DNA of 25,838 bases from Dehalococcoidia bacterium (GTDB taxonomy: Bacteria > Chloroflexota > Dehalococcoidia > GIF9 > AB-539-J10). The position numbers and the translations under genes are program-made. Below are positions 18,342-25,838 of the stretch, piece by piece. Position 1 is the first letter of the stretch. Each line of letters opens with the position of its first letter. The notes under the pieces were generated by a model, which was given only the letters and a program-made list of their open reading frames with translations, did not search any database and was not told where the DNA came from. Location of the stretch: NCBI GenBank assembly GCA_030612025.1, contig JAUWOR010000011.1, positions 1 through 25,838 of the forward strand, given 5' to 3'.

Positions 18342-19271
18342 ATGGAGCAAATTGTTGAGACGAAGAACTTAACTAAAACCTACAATGGCTTTACCGCTGT
18401 TGATAAGCTCACCCTTACTATAAAGGAAGGAGAAGTTTTCGGCTTTCTCGGTCCTAATGGTGCCGGCAAAACGACAACTTTATTAATGCTCTTGGGGCTT
18501 ACTGAGCCCAGCTCAGGGACAGTACAAGTTTGTGGCTATAACCCCACTAGGGAGCCCTTAAAGGTAAAGAGCATCGTCGGTTATCTGCCAGAGAAGGTCG
18601 GTTTTTATGAAGACTTAACCGCAAGGCAAAACTTGAGCTACACGGCGGAGTTAAACAATTTACCCAGAAGGGAGGCCGGGGAAGGGATAAGCGAGCTTTT
18701 GGCTACAGTGGGCTTGTCTCAGGTAGCGGACCAGGAAGTTAACACGTTCTCCCGAGGAATGAAGCAGAGGTTAGGTATAGCGGACATATGGGTCAAAAAG
18801 CCAAAGCTTGCCTTTCTTGATGAACCTACCTCGGGCATAGACCCCGAGGGCATTGACGATGTCCTTAAGCTTATAGTAAGTATGGCTAAGAAAGGAATAA
18901 CCGTTGTCTTCTGCTCACATCAACTGCACCAAGTTCAGAAAATATGTACTCGAGTGGGGATATTAGCCAAGGGACATCTGGTAGCTGAAGGAGAGATAGA
19001 CCGTCTGGGAAGGCGAACCATAGGTGGGGGACGATATCGCATTGAGGCCGAGGTAGCCCAGTTGAAGCCAAAACTTAGCGATTCCATAAAACGGGTTAAA
19101 GGGGTATTAGAGGTGCAAGCTTCTGGCAACTCGCTGCTTATTAGCTGTGGTAAGGATTTGAGAGGGCAGATAGCCAAAACAATTGTTGATAGTGGCAGTC
19201 TATTGCTTGGGATGAAGATAGAAGAGTATAGCCTGGAAAGAATTTATAAAAAATACTCTAAGGAGGCTTAG
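18342..19271 (+). CDS. ABC-2 type transporter ATP-binding protein
   Basis: GPNGAGKTT Walker A, FSRGMKQRL signature, FLDEPT Walker B. Confidence 0.95.
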   Translation: MEQIVETKNLTKTYNGFTAVDKLTLTIKEGEVFGFLGPNGAGKTTTLLMLLGLTEPSSGTVQVCGYNPTREPLKVKSIVGYLPEKVGFYEDLTARQNLSYTAELNNLPRREAGEGISELLATVGLSQVADQEVNTFSRGMKQRLGIADIWVKKPKLAFLDEPTSGIDPEGIDDVLKLIVSMAKKGITVVFCSHQLHQVQKICTRVGILAKGHLVAEGEIDRLGRRTIGGGRYRIEAEVAQLKPKLSDSIKRVKGVLEVQASGNSLLISCGKDLRGQIAKTIVDSGSLLLGMKIEEYSLERIYKKYSKEA

Positions 19272-19273
19272 CT

Positions 19274-20212
19274 ATGTATGCTGTCTTTCGCAAGGAGCTA
19301 GCTGACCACCTGAGTAGTAAGAGATTCGGTATCCTCTTCATTTTGGTTTTATTGGCAGCAATGTTTGCCACTTATCTAGCTATTAAGAATATAAGGGGAG
19401 TGGTAACCCCGACTACTGAGTTTGTCTTCCTGAAAATCTTTACTACCTCTGGTGAGACGCTGCCATCTTTTCTTTTTTTCCTCTCCTTATTCATTCCTAT
19501 TATAGGCATAGCCCTTGGCTTCGATGCTATAAACAGTGAGCGAACCAGTGGCAACCTGAGTCGGCTTTTATCCCAGCCAATCTACAGAGATTCGGTAATC
19601 AATGGCAAGTTTCTGGCCGGGCTAGCTGTCCTGGGCATCATGACAGCAAGTGTAATTGCCATTATCTCCGGATTGGGGCTCCGCATCGTTGGTGTGCCGC
19701 CGAGCTCGGAAGAAGTTTTGAGGCTTGTGGCCTTTGTCTTGATAAGCATAATTTACGGGGCATTCTGGATGGCGTTAGCCGTTCTTTTCTCGGTTTTCTT
19801 CGACCGAGTAGCTACCTCTATGTTAGCTTCCATAGCATTATGGATATTCTTTTTTTTCTTTATGTCTATGATTGCTGGGGCCATTGCTGATGCCCGAGTC
19901 CCGATCGACCAAAATTCTAGCCTTGAAATGGTAGCTCAAAACGTTGAAATTCAAGGGATGATCGGGCGTATTTCCCCGTGTACCCTTTATGGGGAAGCTA
20001 CCAGTGCTTTATTAACACCGGAACTTGGTAGCCTTAATCCGGCGCTAATGATGATAAGCATCTTGGCTGGTGGAAGGATGTTAACGCCTCTTCCTTTCAG
20101 CCAGAGTCTTTTACTTGTCTGGCCTCAGGTAGTAAGCATAATTGCTTTAGCAGCTATATGCTTCGCTGTCTCCTACATAAGGTTTATGAAACAAGAAATA
20201 AGGTCAATATAA
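19274..20212 (+). CDS. ABC-2 type transporter permease
   Basis: About 6 TM helices and the GFDAINSERTSGNLSRLLSQPIYR...GKF motif. Confidence 0.92.
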   Translation: MYAVFRKELADHLSSKRFGILFILVLLAAMFATYLAIKNIRGVVTPTTEFVFLKIFTTSGETLPSFLFFLSLFIPIIGIALGFDAINSERTSGNLSRLLSQPIYRDSVINGKFLAGLAVLGIMTASVIAIISGLGLRIVGVPPSSEEVLRLVAFVLISIIYGAFWMALAVLFSVFFDRVATSMLASIALWIFFFFFMSMIAGAIADARVPIDQNSSLEMVAQNVEIQGMIGRISPCTLYGEATSALLTPELGSLNPALMMISILAGGRMLTPLPFSQSLLLVWPQVVSIIALAAICFAVSYIRFMKQEIRSI

Positions 20213-20220
20213 AGTCAAAA

Positions 20221-21096
20221 TCAGTGCTCGCTTTTCACCCATAGTTTCTCACCGTCGGTAATAAATTCAATAGTGCCATTCTTTGATGTCAGATAAACTT
20301 TATCATCACCCAACCTGTCAACTAATCTCTCTACCACTTCAGGGCTGGGGTGGCCAAAGGGGTTATCCGCACCTACTGAAATCACGGCTATTTCGAGGTC
20401 AACTGCAGCCAAAAACTGTAGAGAAGTAGACGTCTTGCTGCCGTGATGGGCTACCTTCAGCAAAGTGCTTCTTAAATTGGCTCGCTGTCTGATAAGCTCA
20501 AACTCGGCTTCCTCTCTGATATCTGCGGTAAACAGAAAGCTAACCTTGCCCCAACTCAGCTTTATTACTACCCCATTGTTATCCACATCATGGCTGGTTC
20601 CCTGAAGCAATTCTGCTGGTGGGTTGAGCACCTCAAGCTTAATTCCATTGCCTAAGTCAATTACCTGTCCTGCTCTGGCTATTTCATGCTTGATTTGCCC
20701 TTCATCAACAAGCTTTAGCCACTCCTGATAGATGGAGGAGTCATAAGGCACCCCTGGCTCAAGCACCTGTTTTACCTTATACCTCTGAAGTATCTCCACC
20801 AGGCCGGTGACATGGTCAGCTTGAGGCTGAGTGGATATCATAAGGTCTATTGTCCTGTCCCAGAAGGGAAGCTTCTTACTTAGTTCCAAGTTTATCTTCT
20901 GTGGGTCGGGTCCACCATCAATGAGTATATTTTGATGGCTAGGAGTTTGAATCAGGATGGCATCTCCCTGTCCGACATCGAAGAAGCTTACATGGAGCTT
21001 GTCATCTGGCATGGTGAGGGTTACCAACCAGACCAGGATGGCAATTATCAAAAGAGGGGGTATAAGCCACTTTTTAGGAAAGCGTGACCAATCCAT
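20221..21096 (-). CDS. ComEC C-terminal metallo-beta-lactamase domain encoded as a separate gene
   Basis: FDVGQGDAILI, LIDGG, ADHVTG, LKVAHHGS, NPFGHP; its own AAGGAGG RBS and an N-terminal TM. Confidence 0.9.
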   Translation of the reverse strand: MDWSRFPKKWLIPPLLIIAILVWLVTLTMPDDKLHVSFFDVGQGDAILIQTPSHQNILIDGGPDPQKINLELSKKLPFWDRTIDLMISTQPQADHVTGLVEILQRYKVKQVLEPGVPYDSSIYQEWLKLVDEGQIKHEIARAGQVIDLGNGIKLEVLNPPAELLQGTSHDVDNNGVVIKLSWGKVSFLFTADIREEAEFELIRQRANLRSTLLKVAHHGSKTSTSLQFLAAVDLEIAVISVGADNPFGHPSPEVVERLVDRLGDDKVYLTSKNGTIEFITDGEKLWVKSEH

Positions 21097-21107
21097 TTTT
21101 CCTCCTT

Positions 21108-22601
21108 TTATTTTCTATGGCTAACGAGTGCCATGGCTACTGCAAGCCCGGCATAATATCCCCATATTTGCCACGTAGGAACACTAGTCACCTGAAAAGA
21201 TGAGAAGGGCAAAGCGTCAAAGCCCTGAACTACCAAGAGTAGGTAGCTAAGAAAGAGCCAGGCTAGCCAGCCAAGTATTTGAGCCGCAATCGGAATGAAG
21301 AGTCCAGTGAAGGCGACCAGCGCAGAGGTGGTGATAATAGCAGGCAAAGCGGGGAGGCAGAAAAAGTTTGCTGGCAAAGCGACCAGAGAGACAACGCCAA
21401 AGTTGTAAGCTATAAGTGGCCAGACCGCTACAATGGCTGCTAAGGTTACGGCGAAGCTAGCAGTTACCATATTACCTGTGGCTGCTATTGCCTCTTTGTC
21501 TCCAAACATAGCAATAACCCTTTTCCTTCCCCATGTCTGGAAATAGGGATAGAGGAGAATGAGCCCCGCCATGGCTAAAAAGCTGAGTTGAAAAGAAACG
21601 CTCCACAAAATCTGGGGCTTAATTCCTACCATCACTGCGGCAGCAAAAGCCAGGGCGGTGATAGCATTCCGCTGCCTCCCTAAAAATTCGGCCAGCAAAA
21701 ATAAACTCCCCATAATTGCTGCTCGAATTACTGGTGGGCGCATCCCGGTGAGCAAGGCATAAAGCCAGATAGCTAGAAGGGCTAGCCAGATATAGATGGA
21801 GCGCTGTCTGCCAAAGGCCAAGATGGCGAGGCTGAGAACCACGCCGATGACGATGCTGATGTGCAAGCCAGAAATAGCTAATAGGTGTGCTGTTCCTGTC
21901 CGGGAAAACGCCTGGTTGAGGGAATCAGGTATGTGGCTCCTTATGCCCAGCAAAATACCTTGAGCCAGCGAGCCTTGCGGTTCAGGCAAGGCTCTGGTCA
22001 GGGAACTAGAAAGGTGCTCTCTCAAGGAATAAAGCCATTGCAAGGGCTTAAAGCCTTTGCCTGTATCGAGGACTTCTATTTTGGGGTAATAAATAACAGA
22101 GTAAATTCCTTGCTGAGCTAGATAGCTTTTGTAGTCGAAATCATCAAATGGAGCTGGTGTCTCCAGCTCTCCTATCACTTGGAGCACATCCCCATAATGA
22201 TAAGCAGGATACCTGGGCACTCGTATTAGAGCAGCCCCTGATACCTCTTCCCTTGTGCCCCCTGTATTTATTTCGCTAGCCGAAAATTTTAAAAAGCAAA
22301 AGTTGCTCCTCACGTCAGGCTCGTCTGCTATCATGCCCTGGATTTCTGCTATTCCTTCATCGTTGTAGAAGCAAAGGGAACGCTCATCTATTTGAGGCAG
22401 GCTTGATGGGAAGCGTAAGCTGCCGCCGAGGAAGGCTAATAGGCATAATCCAGTCACTATCAAGGTTTTCTTGCTGTCAGGGAAAAGAGGGATAAGTAAG
22501 AAAGGAAGAAGCCCAGAGAAGATGGCAACAAGTGGCAAGCCGACTTTGGAACCTAGAAATACACCAACTACCCAGGCACAGCTAACATATAGAAGCCACA
22601 T
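21108..22601 (-). CDS. comEC: ComEC/Rec2 DNA-uptake channel (OB/DUF4131 + Competence domain)
   Basis: FDYKSYL, GTAHLLAISGLHIS, PVIRAAIMG, SFQLSF. Start placed at ATG 22601 (MWLLYVSCAW) rather than 22691. Confidence 0.9.
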   Translation of the reverse strand: MWLLYVSCAWVVGVFLGSKVGLPLVAIFSGLLPFLLIPLFPDSKKTLIVTGLCLLAFLGGSLRFPSSLPQIDERSLCFYNDEGIAEIQGMIADEPDVRSNFCFLKFSASEINTGGTREEVSGAALIRVPRYPAYHYGDVLQVIGELETPAPFDDFDYKSYLAQQGIYSVIYYPKIEVLDTGKGFKPLQWLYSLREHLSSSLTRALPEPQGSLAQGILLGIRSHIPDSLNQAFSRTGTAHLLAISGLHISIVIGVVLSLAILAFGRQRSIYIWLALLAIWLYALLTGMRPPVIRAAIMGSLFLLAEFLGRQRNAITALAFAAAVMVGIKPQILWSVSFQLSFLAMAGLILLYPYFQTWGRKRVIAMFGDKEAIAATGNMVTASFAVTLAAIVAVWPLIAYNFGVVSLVALPANFFCLPALPAIITTSALVAFTGLFIPIAAQILGWLAWLFLSYLLLVVQGFDALPFSSFQVTSVPTWQIWGYYAGLAVAMALVSHRK

Positions 22602-22612
22602 AAGATAACTTT

Positions 22613-22704
22613 CTAATCTGAAACTGTCACATAGCCAGGCGCTGTCACGAGCAAGCCAATAACAGCGGGAGCGGGTACCCCATAGAGCCATTTGTATTTT
22701 TCAT
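22613..22704 (-). pseudogene. Probable internally deleted comEA-like remnant
   Basis: AGGAGG RBS + ATG; adding one A to an A5 run gives MKKYKWLYGVPAPAVIGLLVTAPGYVTVSD*, directly upstream of comEC. Confidence 0.45.
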
Positions 22705-22850
22705 TACATACCTCCTGTTGTTACTAGACAGTTTATCAGTTTGCGTTGCATCAAGGGTAGCTCTAATTAGCTTGGTTATGATAAAATGTGGTCATATTGG
22801 AGATTGAGTAAGGCTTATAATATTAATCGCTATTGCAAAAGGGGGATAAT

Positions 22851-23078
22851 ATGCAGGTAGATTGGGAAGATTATATTGTGAGCACACCTGACGTGCTTCG
22901 AGGTAAGCCGCGAATTAAAGGGACTAGAATCCCAGTTAGCCTTGTCCTCGGATATTTGGCCGCGGGTAATACCACCGAGGAAATTATAGAGGAGTTTCCA
23001 GACCTTGCAAGGGAACATATTGCTGCTTGTTTGGATTATGCCCGTGAGTTATCGGAATTTGAAGTAGCAGCCACATGA
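22851..23078 (+). CDS. DUF433 family putative antitoxin
   Basis: IVSTPDVLRGKPRIKGTRIPV...EEIIEEFPDL...IAACLDYA; ATG 22851 follows AAGGGGGA. Confidence 0.92.
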   Translation: MQVDWEDYIVSTPDVLRGKPRIKGTRIPVSLVLGYLAAGNTTEEIIEEFPDLAREHIAACLDYARELSEFEVAAT

Positions 23079-23443
23079 GCTTGAGATTCTTTGCAGACCA
23101 CTGCATCTCCAATTTTGTAATCCAAACTTTCTGTGATGCAGGCTATGAAGTTTTTCGATTAAGGGACCACATTCCCATAGGTTCGGCTGATTCAGTTGTG
23201 ATTTCAAAAGCACAGGAGCTTGATTCCATTCTCGTTTCTTTAAATGGAGATTTCGCTGATATAGTGGCTTATCCTCCAGCAAGTTATAAGGGTATCATTG
23301 CCCTTCAAGTTGGAAATCATCCAGAAATCATCCCACAGCTTATGGCAACATTGAAAGATTACTTATCAGCCCATCCTGATGTGAATCATTATAAAGGGAA
23401 GCTGCTTTCGGTGGAGGTTCATAGAATCAGAGTTCGAGAGTAA
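23075..23443 (+). CDS. DUF5615 / Mut7-C-like PIN-domain putative toxin (VapC45-like)
   Basis: RFFADHCI, ADSVV, ILVSLNGDF motifs; ATGA overlap with the DUF433 gene. Confidence 0.88.
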   Translation: MSLRFFADHCISNFVIQTFCDAGYEVFRLRDHIPIGSADSVVISKAQELDSILVSLNGDFADIVAYPPASYKGIIALQVGNHPEIIPQLMATLKDYLSAHPDVNHYKGKLLSVEVHRIRVRE

Positions 23444-23619
23444 CTGATATTGGCATCAGCATGGGCTTTTTCCTTTAAGGAAGCTCCTTCAAGCGAAGCA
23501 TCTCGGTGGCGAAGTAGTTAACGATGTAAATGGAGTGGACAATCCTGATTCTGCAAGCGCTACAATTACGATGACTTGGACAACTGCATCTCCGGGGAGC
23601 GATATAAAGGGGGACGACT

Positions 23620-23979
23620 ATGACTGAAACAACAAGAACAATCCAAGTTAGCCGGAAGTACTCAGAGTGGCGAATCAGTGCATATGAGTGTAGACTTAAC
23701 TCCTCTGGTGACGTCCTCAAAAGAGGAAGGTACGTCATTGGTTGGTACGGGCTTTTCGATATCCACAGACTTAAGAGCGAAATCATGCCGAAGCTAGCTG
23801 AGTATGCAGCTCAAGGCTGGTCATATCCCTTCTTGGTTACCTCACATCGACTTAGGAGCAAAACCATGGTTAAAATTACTCCTCTCAAGGGTGTAAAGTA
23901 CTATCGACGTAGACCCGACTCAAGACAAACTTGGCACACTGTTGTTTTGTCAACTAGTAAATACAAAGACATTGCTTAG
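23620..23979 (+). CDS. Hypothetical basic protein
   Basis: 119-aa ORF with AAGGGGGA RBS; no recognised family. Confidence 0.55.
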   Translation: MTETTRTIQVSRKYSEWRISAYECRLNSSGDVLKRGRYVIGWYGLFDIHRLKSEIMPKLAEYAAQGWSYPFLVTSHRLRSKTMVKITPLKGVKYYRRRPDSRQTWHTVVLSTSKYKDIA

Positions 23980-24132
23980 CCCAGACATTTTATTCTGTCT
24001 ACTAATGCTAATAGCAGTCATTGCCAGAATGCTAGGCAGAAGCAAGTGCGAACCCAGTGTGTTCTGCCTTCCTAGAAGGAAAAAGTGTTATGATAAACTA
24101 CCTTTTCCCCCTGTAGAGAGGAGGAGTTTACG

Positions 24133-24705
24133 ATGCCGATACTTCCCAACATGAACCCGCCTAACATGTATCCAGAAGATTCACACGAAGCTTACGTGAC
24201 TATTAGGTTACTGAAAAAAGGTACGCTCAGTAGACACGAGCTCAAGAAAAGAATTAGGAGCATACAAAAGGAGGCGTGGGCGAGCTTCGGATATGAACGA
24301 CCATATCACGAAGTTGGAACTTACAACTACTGGATACGTGACTTAAAAAGGCGTGGGTTAGTTGAGGAGTTTGATGACCAGTTGCGTCTGACTGCATTGG
24401 GTAAGTGGCTTGCTAGCTCTAGCCTCGATAACCTTTTTGAAAGAGACAAATTTCTACGAATCTTCATTTGTGAGAAATGCAGTAGCCTACCTAATCATGT
24501 TGTATTGCTTAGCCCACAGCTGAGCACCATTGATGAAAGCAAGCCTAATGTTAGAGGGCTCATTTGGGTGGAGCTAAGATGTCCGAAATGTAGCACCCTT
24601 TTTCCGCAGCAGCTATTGCGCCCTAAGGCTGAACTGGTCAGATTCTATAATGAGGTAGTTGTGGAGCTAGGTCGATACGTGAAGTTGGAAGCACATAGGA
24701 TATGA
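24133..24705 (+). CDS. Hypothetical protein, wHTH-like N-terminus plus Zn-binding CxxC pairs
   Basis: GAGGAGGAG RBS; LKRRGLVEE...LRLTALGK wing motif; CEKC and CPKC. The start could be the later ATG. Confidence 0.7.
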   Translation: MPILPNMNPPNMYPEDSHEAYVTIRLLKKGTLSRHELKKRIRSIQKEAWASFGYERPYHEVGTYNYWIRDLKRRGLVEEFDDQLRLTALGKWLASSSLDNLFERDKFLRIFICEKCSSLPNHVVLLSPQLSTIDESKPNVRGLIWVELRCPKCSTLFPQQLLRPKAELVRFYNEVVVELGRYVKLEAHRI

Positions 24706-24804
24706 CTCAATGCCAATAATAGGGCCCATGCTGTAGCACTGGCAATGCAGCAGGGGCTTATCCCACTACAGGAGGTAAAACCAGCCAAGACTGCTTCAAA
24801 ATAG
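24706..24804 (+). pseudogene. C-terminal remnant of a LuxR/NarL-type HTH regulator
   Basis: Manual translation LNANNRAHAVALAMQQGLIPLQEVKPAKTASK* matches the final helix pattern of LuxR HTH domains; no start codon. Confidence 0.75.
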
Positions 24805-24813
24805 CCCTTGTAT

Positions 24814-24840
24814 TTGAGGTCGGTTGCTTGAGGTCGGTTG
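24814..24840 (+). repeat. Tandem 13-bp direct repeat inside a promoter spacer
   Basis: TTGAGGTCGGTTG at 24814-24826 and 24828-24840, between TTGTAT (24808-24813) and TATAAT (24845-24850). Confidence 0.9.
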
Positions 24841-25027
24841 GGAGTATAATAAGTTTTAGGAGGCGGTCGGAGTGAAGAGGCCAGTCGTTTTAGCCACTCT
24901 TGTAGCAGTACTTACAGCCCTGCTCCTACTAGGGCTTACCGATACTAGTGCTTCTGTCTCTCATAGCTTAGAGCTTCACTGCTTAGGAATACAGGCAAGG
25001 AGGATTAGATATGCCATTTTGCATATA

Positions 25028-25057
25028 TTGACAAGCTTCCGATGGCGGGTATATTCT
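25028..25057 (+). promoter_or_regulatory. sigma70-type promoter for the 25076 gene
   Basis: TTGACA (25028-25033) with TATATT/TATTCT 16-18 nt downstream; AGGAGG RBS at 25064-25069. Confidence 0.6.
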
Positions 25058-25075
25058 CAATATAGGAGGTCAATT

Positions 25076-25300
25076 ATGAAATTGAAGGTTATACTTGAAA
25101 TTAAAGACCTTGAATACTACGGGCGACTTGATAAAGAACTCCTTGAAGAATTCCGTGAAACAGGCAGGGTATATAGCTCAGATGAATTCAAAGGGAATGC
25201 TAAAGATGAGGAAGAACTAGAAAGAGGCGCTATCAGCAGGCTCAATAGAATTCTCTCAAACGAAGGCTTAACTGTGCATCAAATTGAGAGGATAGATTGA
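25076..25300 (+). CDS. Small acidic hypothetical protein (74 aa; 3' part of ORF 24872-25300)
   Basis: Has its own promoter, AGGAGG RBS and ATG (MKLKVILEIKDLEYYG...). Confidence 0.7.
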   Translation: MKLKVILEIKDLEYYGRLDKELLEEFRETGRVYSSDEFKGNAKDEEELERGAISRLNRILSNEGLTVHQIERID

Positions 25301-25328
25301 ACAAGGCTAGCCAAAGGAGGTTAATATT

Positions 25329-25634
25329 ATGGATAATGCCAAAGAGCGATCAAGCATCGCTTCGTTCAACTGCCCTAATTGTAATGCAGGCATGGTTATT
25401 GCTGCCGTTTTTGGCACCCACCATAACACTCGCTACGAGGCATGGGCGAAATTCTGGTTTAAAGAAGGCAAAACAGGCAGAGGGCTTTGTAAGATAATCT
25501 ACGAGGATCAGGAGCTTGCGCCTTCGAATGCCGCTCAAAAGATTACTGGATATAGTGTTGACGGCTGGAAGTTTTGGCGACATGAAGGCAAAGAAGGCGT
25601 CATCACACTAGATGAACTAGCGAGCAGCCTGTAA
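25329..25634 (+). CDS. Small RAMA/DUF4357-like domain protein with N-terminal CxxC
   Basis: APSNAAQKITGYSVDGWKFW...ITLDEL pattern; CPNC; AAGGAGG RBS. Confidence 0.65.
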   Translation: MDNAKERSSIASFNCPNCNAGMVIAAVFGTHHNTRYEAWAKFWFKEGKTGRGLCKIIYEDQELAPSNAAQKITGYSVDGWKFWRHEGKEGVITLDELASSL

Positions 25635-25773
25635 TGGAGAGTAAGCGCAGACTGCCGACCATACCTCCAACCAATTATGCTAAATTTGGACAACTGCACC
25701 TTTGCCAGAGGAGTAGCTAAACCAAGTGAATTTGGCTAAGATAAGCAGAGAAACGTAACTAAAGGATGAGACC

Positions 25774-25838
25774 ATGGGGGCAGAAGAAGAACTTAACAAG
25801 CAACTTAAGGATATCGTGGTCAAAATAGATAAGGATGA
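25774..25838 (+). CDS. 3'-partial hypothetical protein
   Basis: MGAEEELNKQLKDIVVKIDKD... stays open to the window edge; purine-rich sequence upstream. Confidence 0.45.
   Translation, partial: MGAEEELNKQLKDIVVKIDKD

Noticed and set aside
3-22121. Many antisense or alternate-frame ORFs of 60-212 aa in the track (e.g. 2383-2787, 3484-3828, 17516-18154)
   Set aside because: They lie entirely within well-supported genes, have no recognisable motifs or RBS, and are typical shadow ORFs.
22602-22691. 30-aa N-terminal extension of ComEC given by the ORF track
   Set aside because: There is no suitably spaced RBS for ATG 22691, the sequence is not ComEC-like, and it overlaps the upstream gene remnant.
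23448-23628. Start-less open frame (…LRKLLQAKHLGGEVVNDVNG…DDYD*) overlapping the 23620 start
   Set aside because: It may be another gene stump, but I cannot recognise any family, so it is unsupported.
24703-24705. Selenocysteine read-through at the TGA
   Set aside because: It is not in a redox-Cys context and there is no evident SECIS-like hairpin. The downstream peptide is a LuxR fragment.
23475-25583. ORFs 23475-23786(-), 23942-24154(+), 25297-25497(+), 25350-25583(-)
   Set aside because: They overlap better-supported genes or promoter/RBS regions and lack RBS or motifs.

Overview
Bacterial genomic window of moderate GC. The gene set and repeat style suggest a Chloroflexota/Dehalococcoidia-like anaerobe, which is an inference only. 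The backbone is a 5'-partial Na+/Pi cotransporter, a YkgJ-type Cys-cluster protein, a C1/Wood-Ljungdahl methyl-branch group (fhs, cooC/acsF, folD), mfd, proB and proA, a flavin-binding protein, a C_GCAxxG_C_C protein, rph, a NEW3-domain + ABC-2 transporter operon and a split comEC. There are two accessory islands. The first lies between proB and proA (Zn-ribbon protein, beta-class N6/N4 DNA methyltransferase with a C-terminal Mrr-like nuclease domain, PD-(D/E)xK protein). The second lies beyond comEC (DUF433/DUF5615 toxin-antitoxin pair, small hypotheticals, gene remnants, a RAMA-like protein). The most striking unexplained structure is a set of small palindromic elements in three families. 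(1) A TGTCATT...AATGACA family sits in two divergent promoter regions and is also nested in frame inside the mfd coding sequence (about 62 extra aa), possibly also in proA. (2) Two 120-134 bp MITE-like elements each carry a GTAG...CTAC REP doublet, and both start 2 nt after a stop codon. (3) Tandem GCGRAGC mini-hairpins sit at the edge of the proB-proA island. No transposase, RAYT, rRNA, tRNA or CRISPR array was seen. Several unannotated gene scars were found: a second folD C-terminus, a probable comEA remnant and a LuxR C-terminus.
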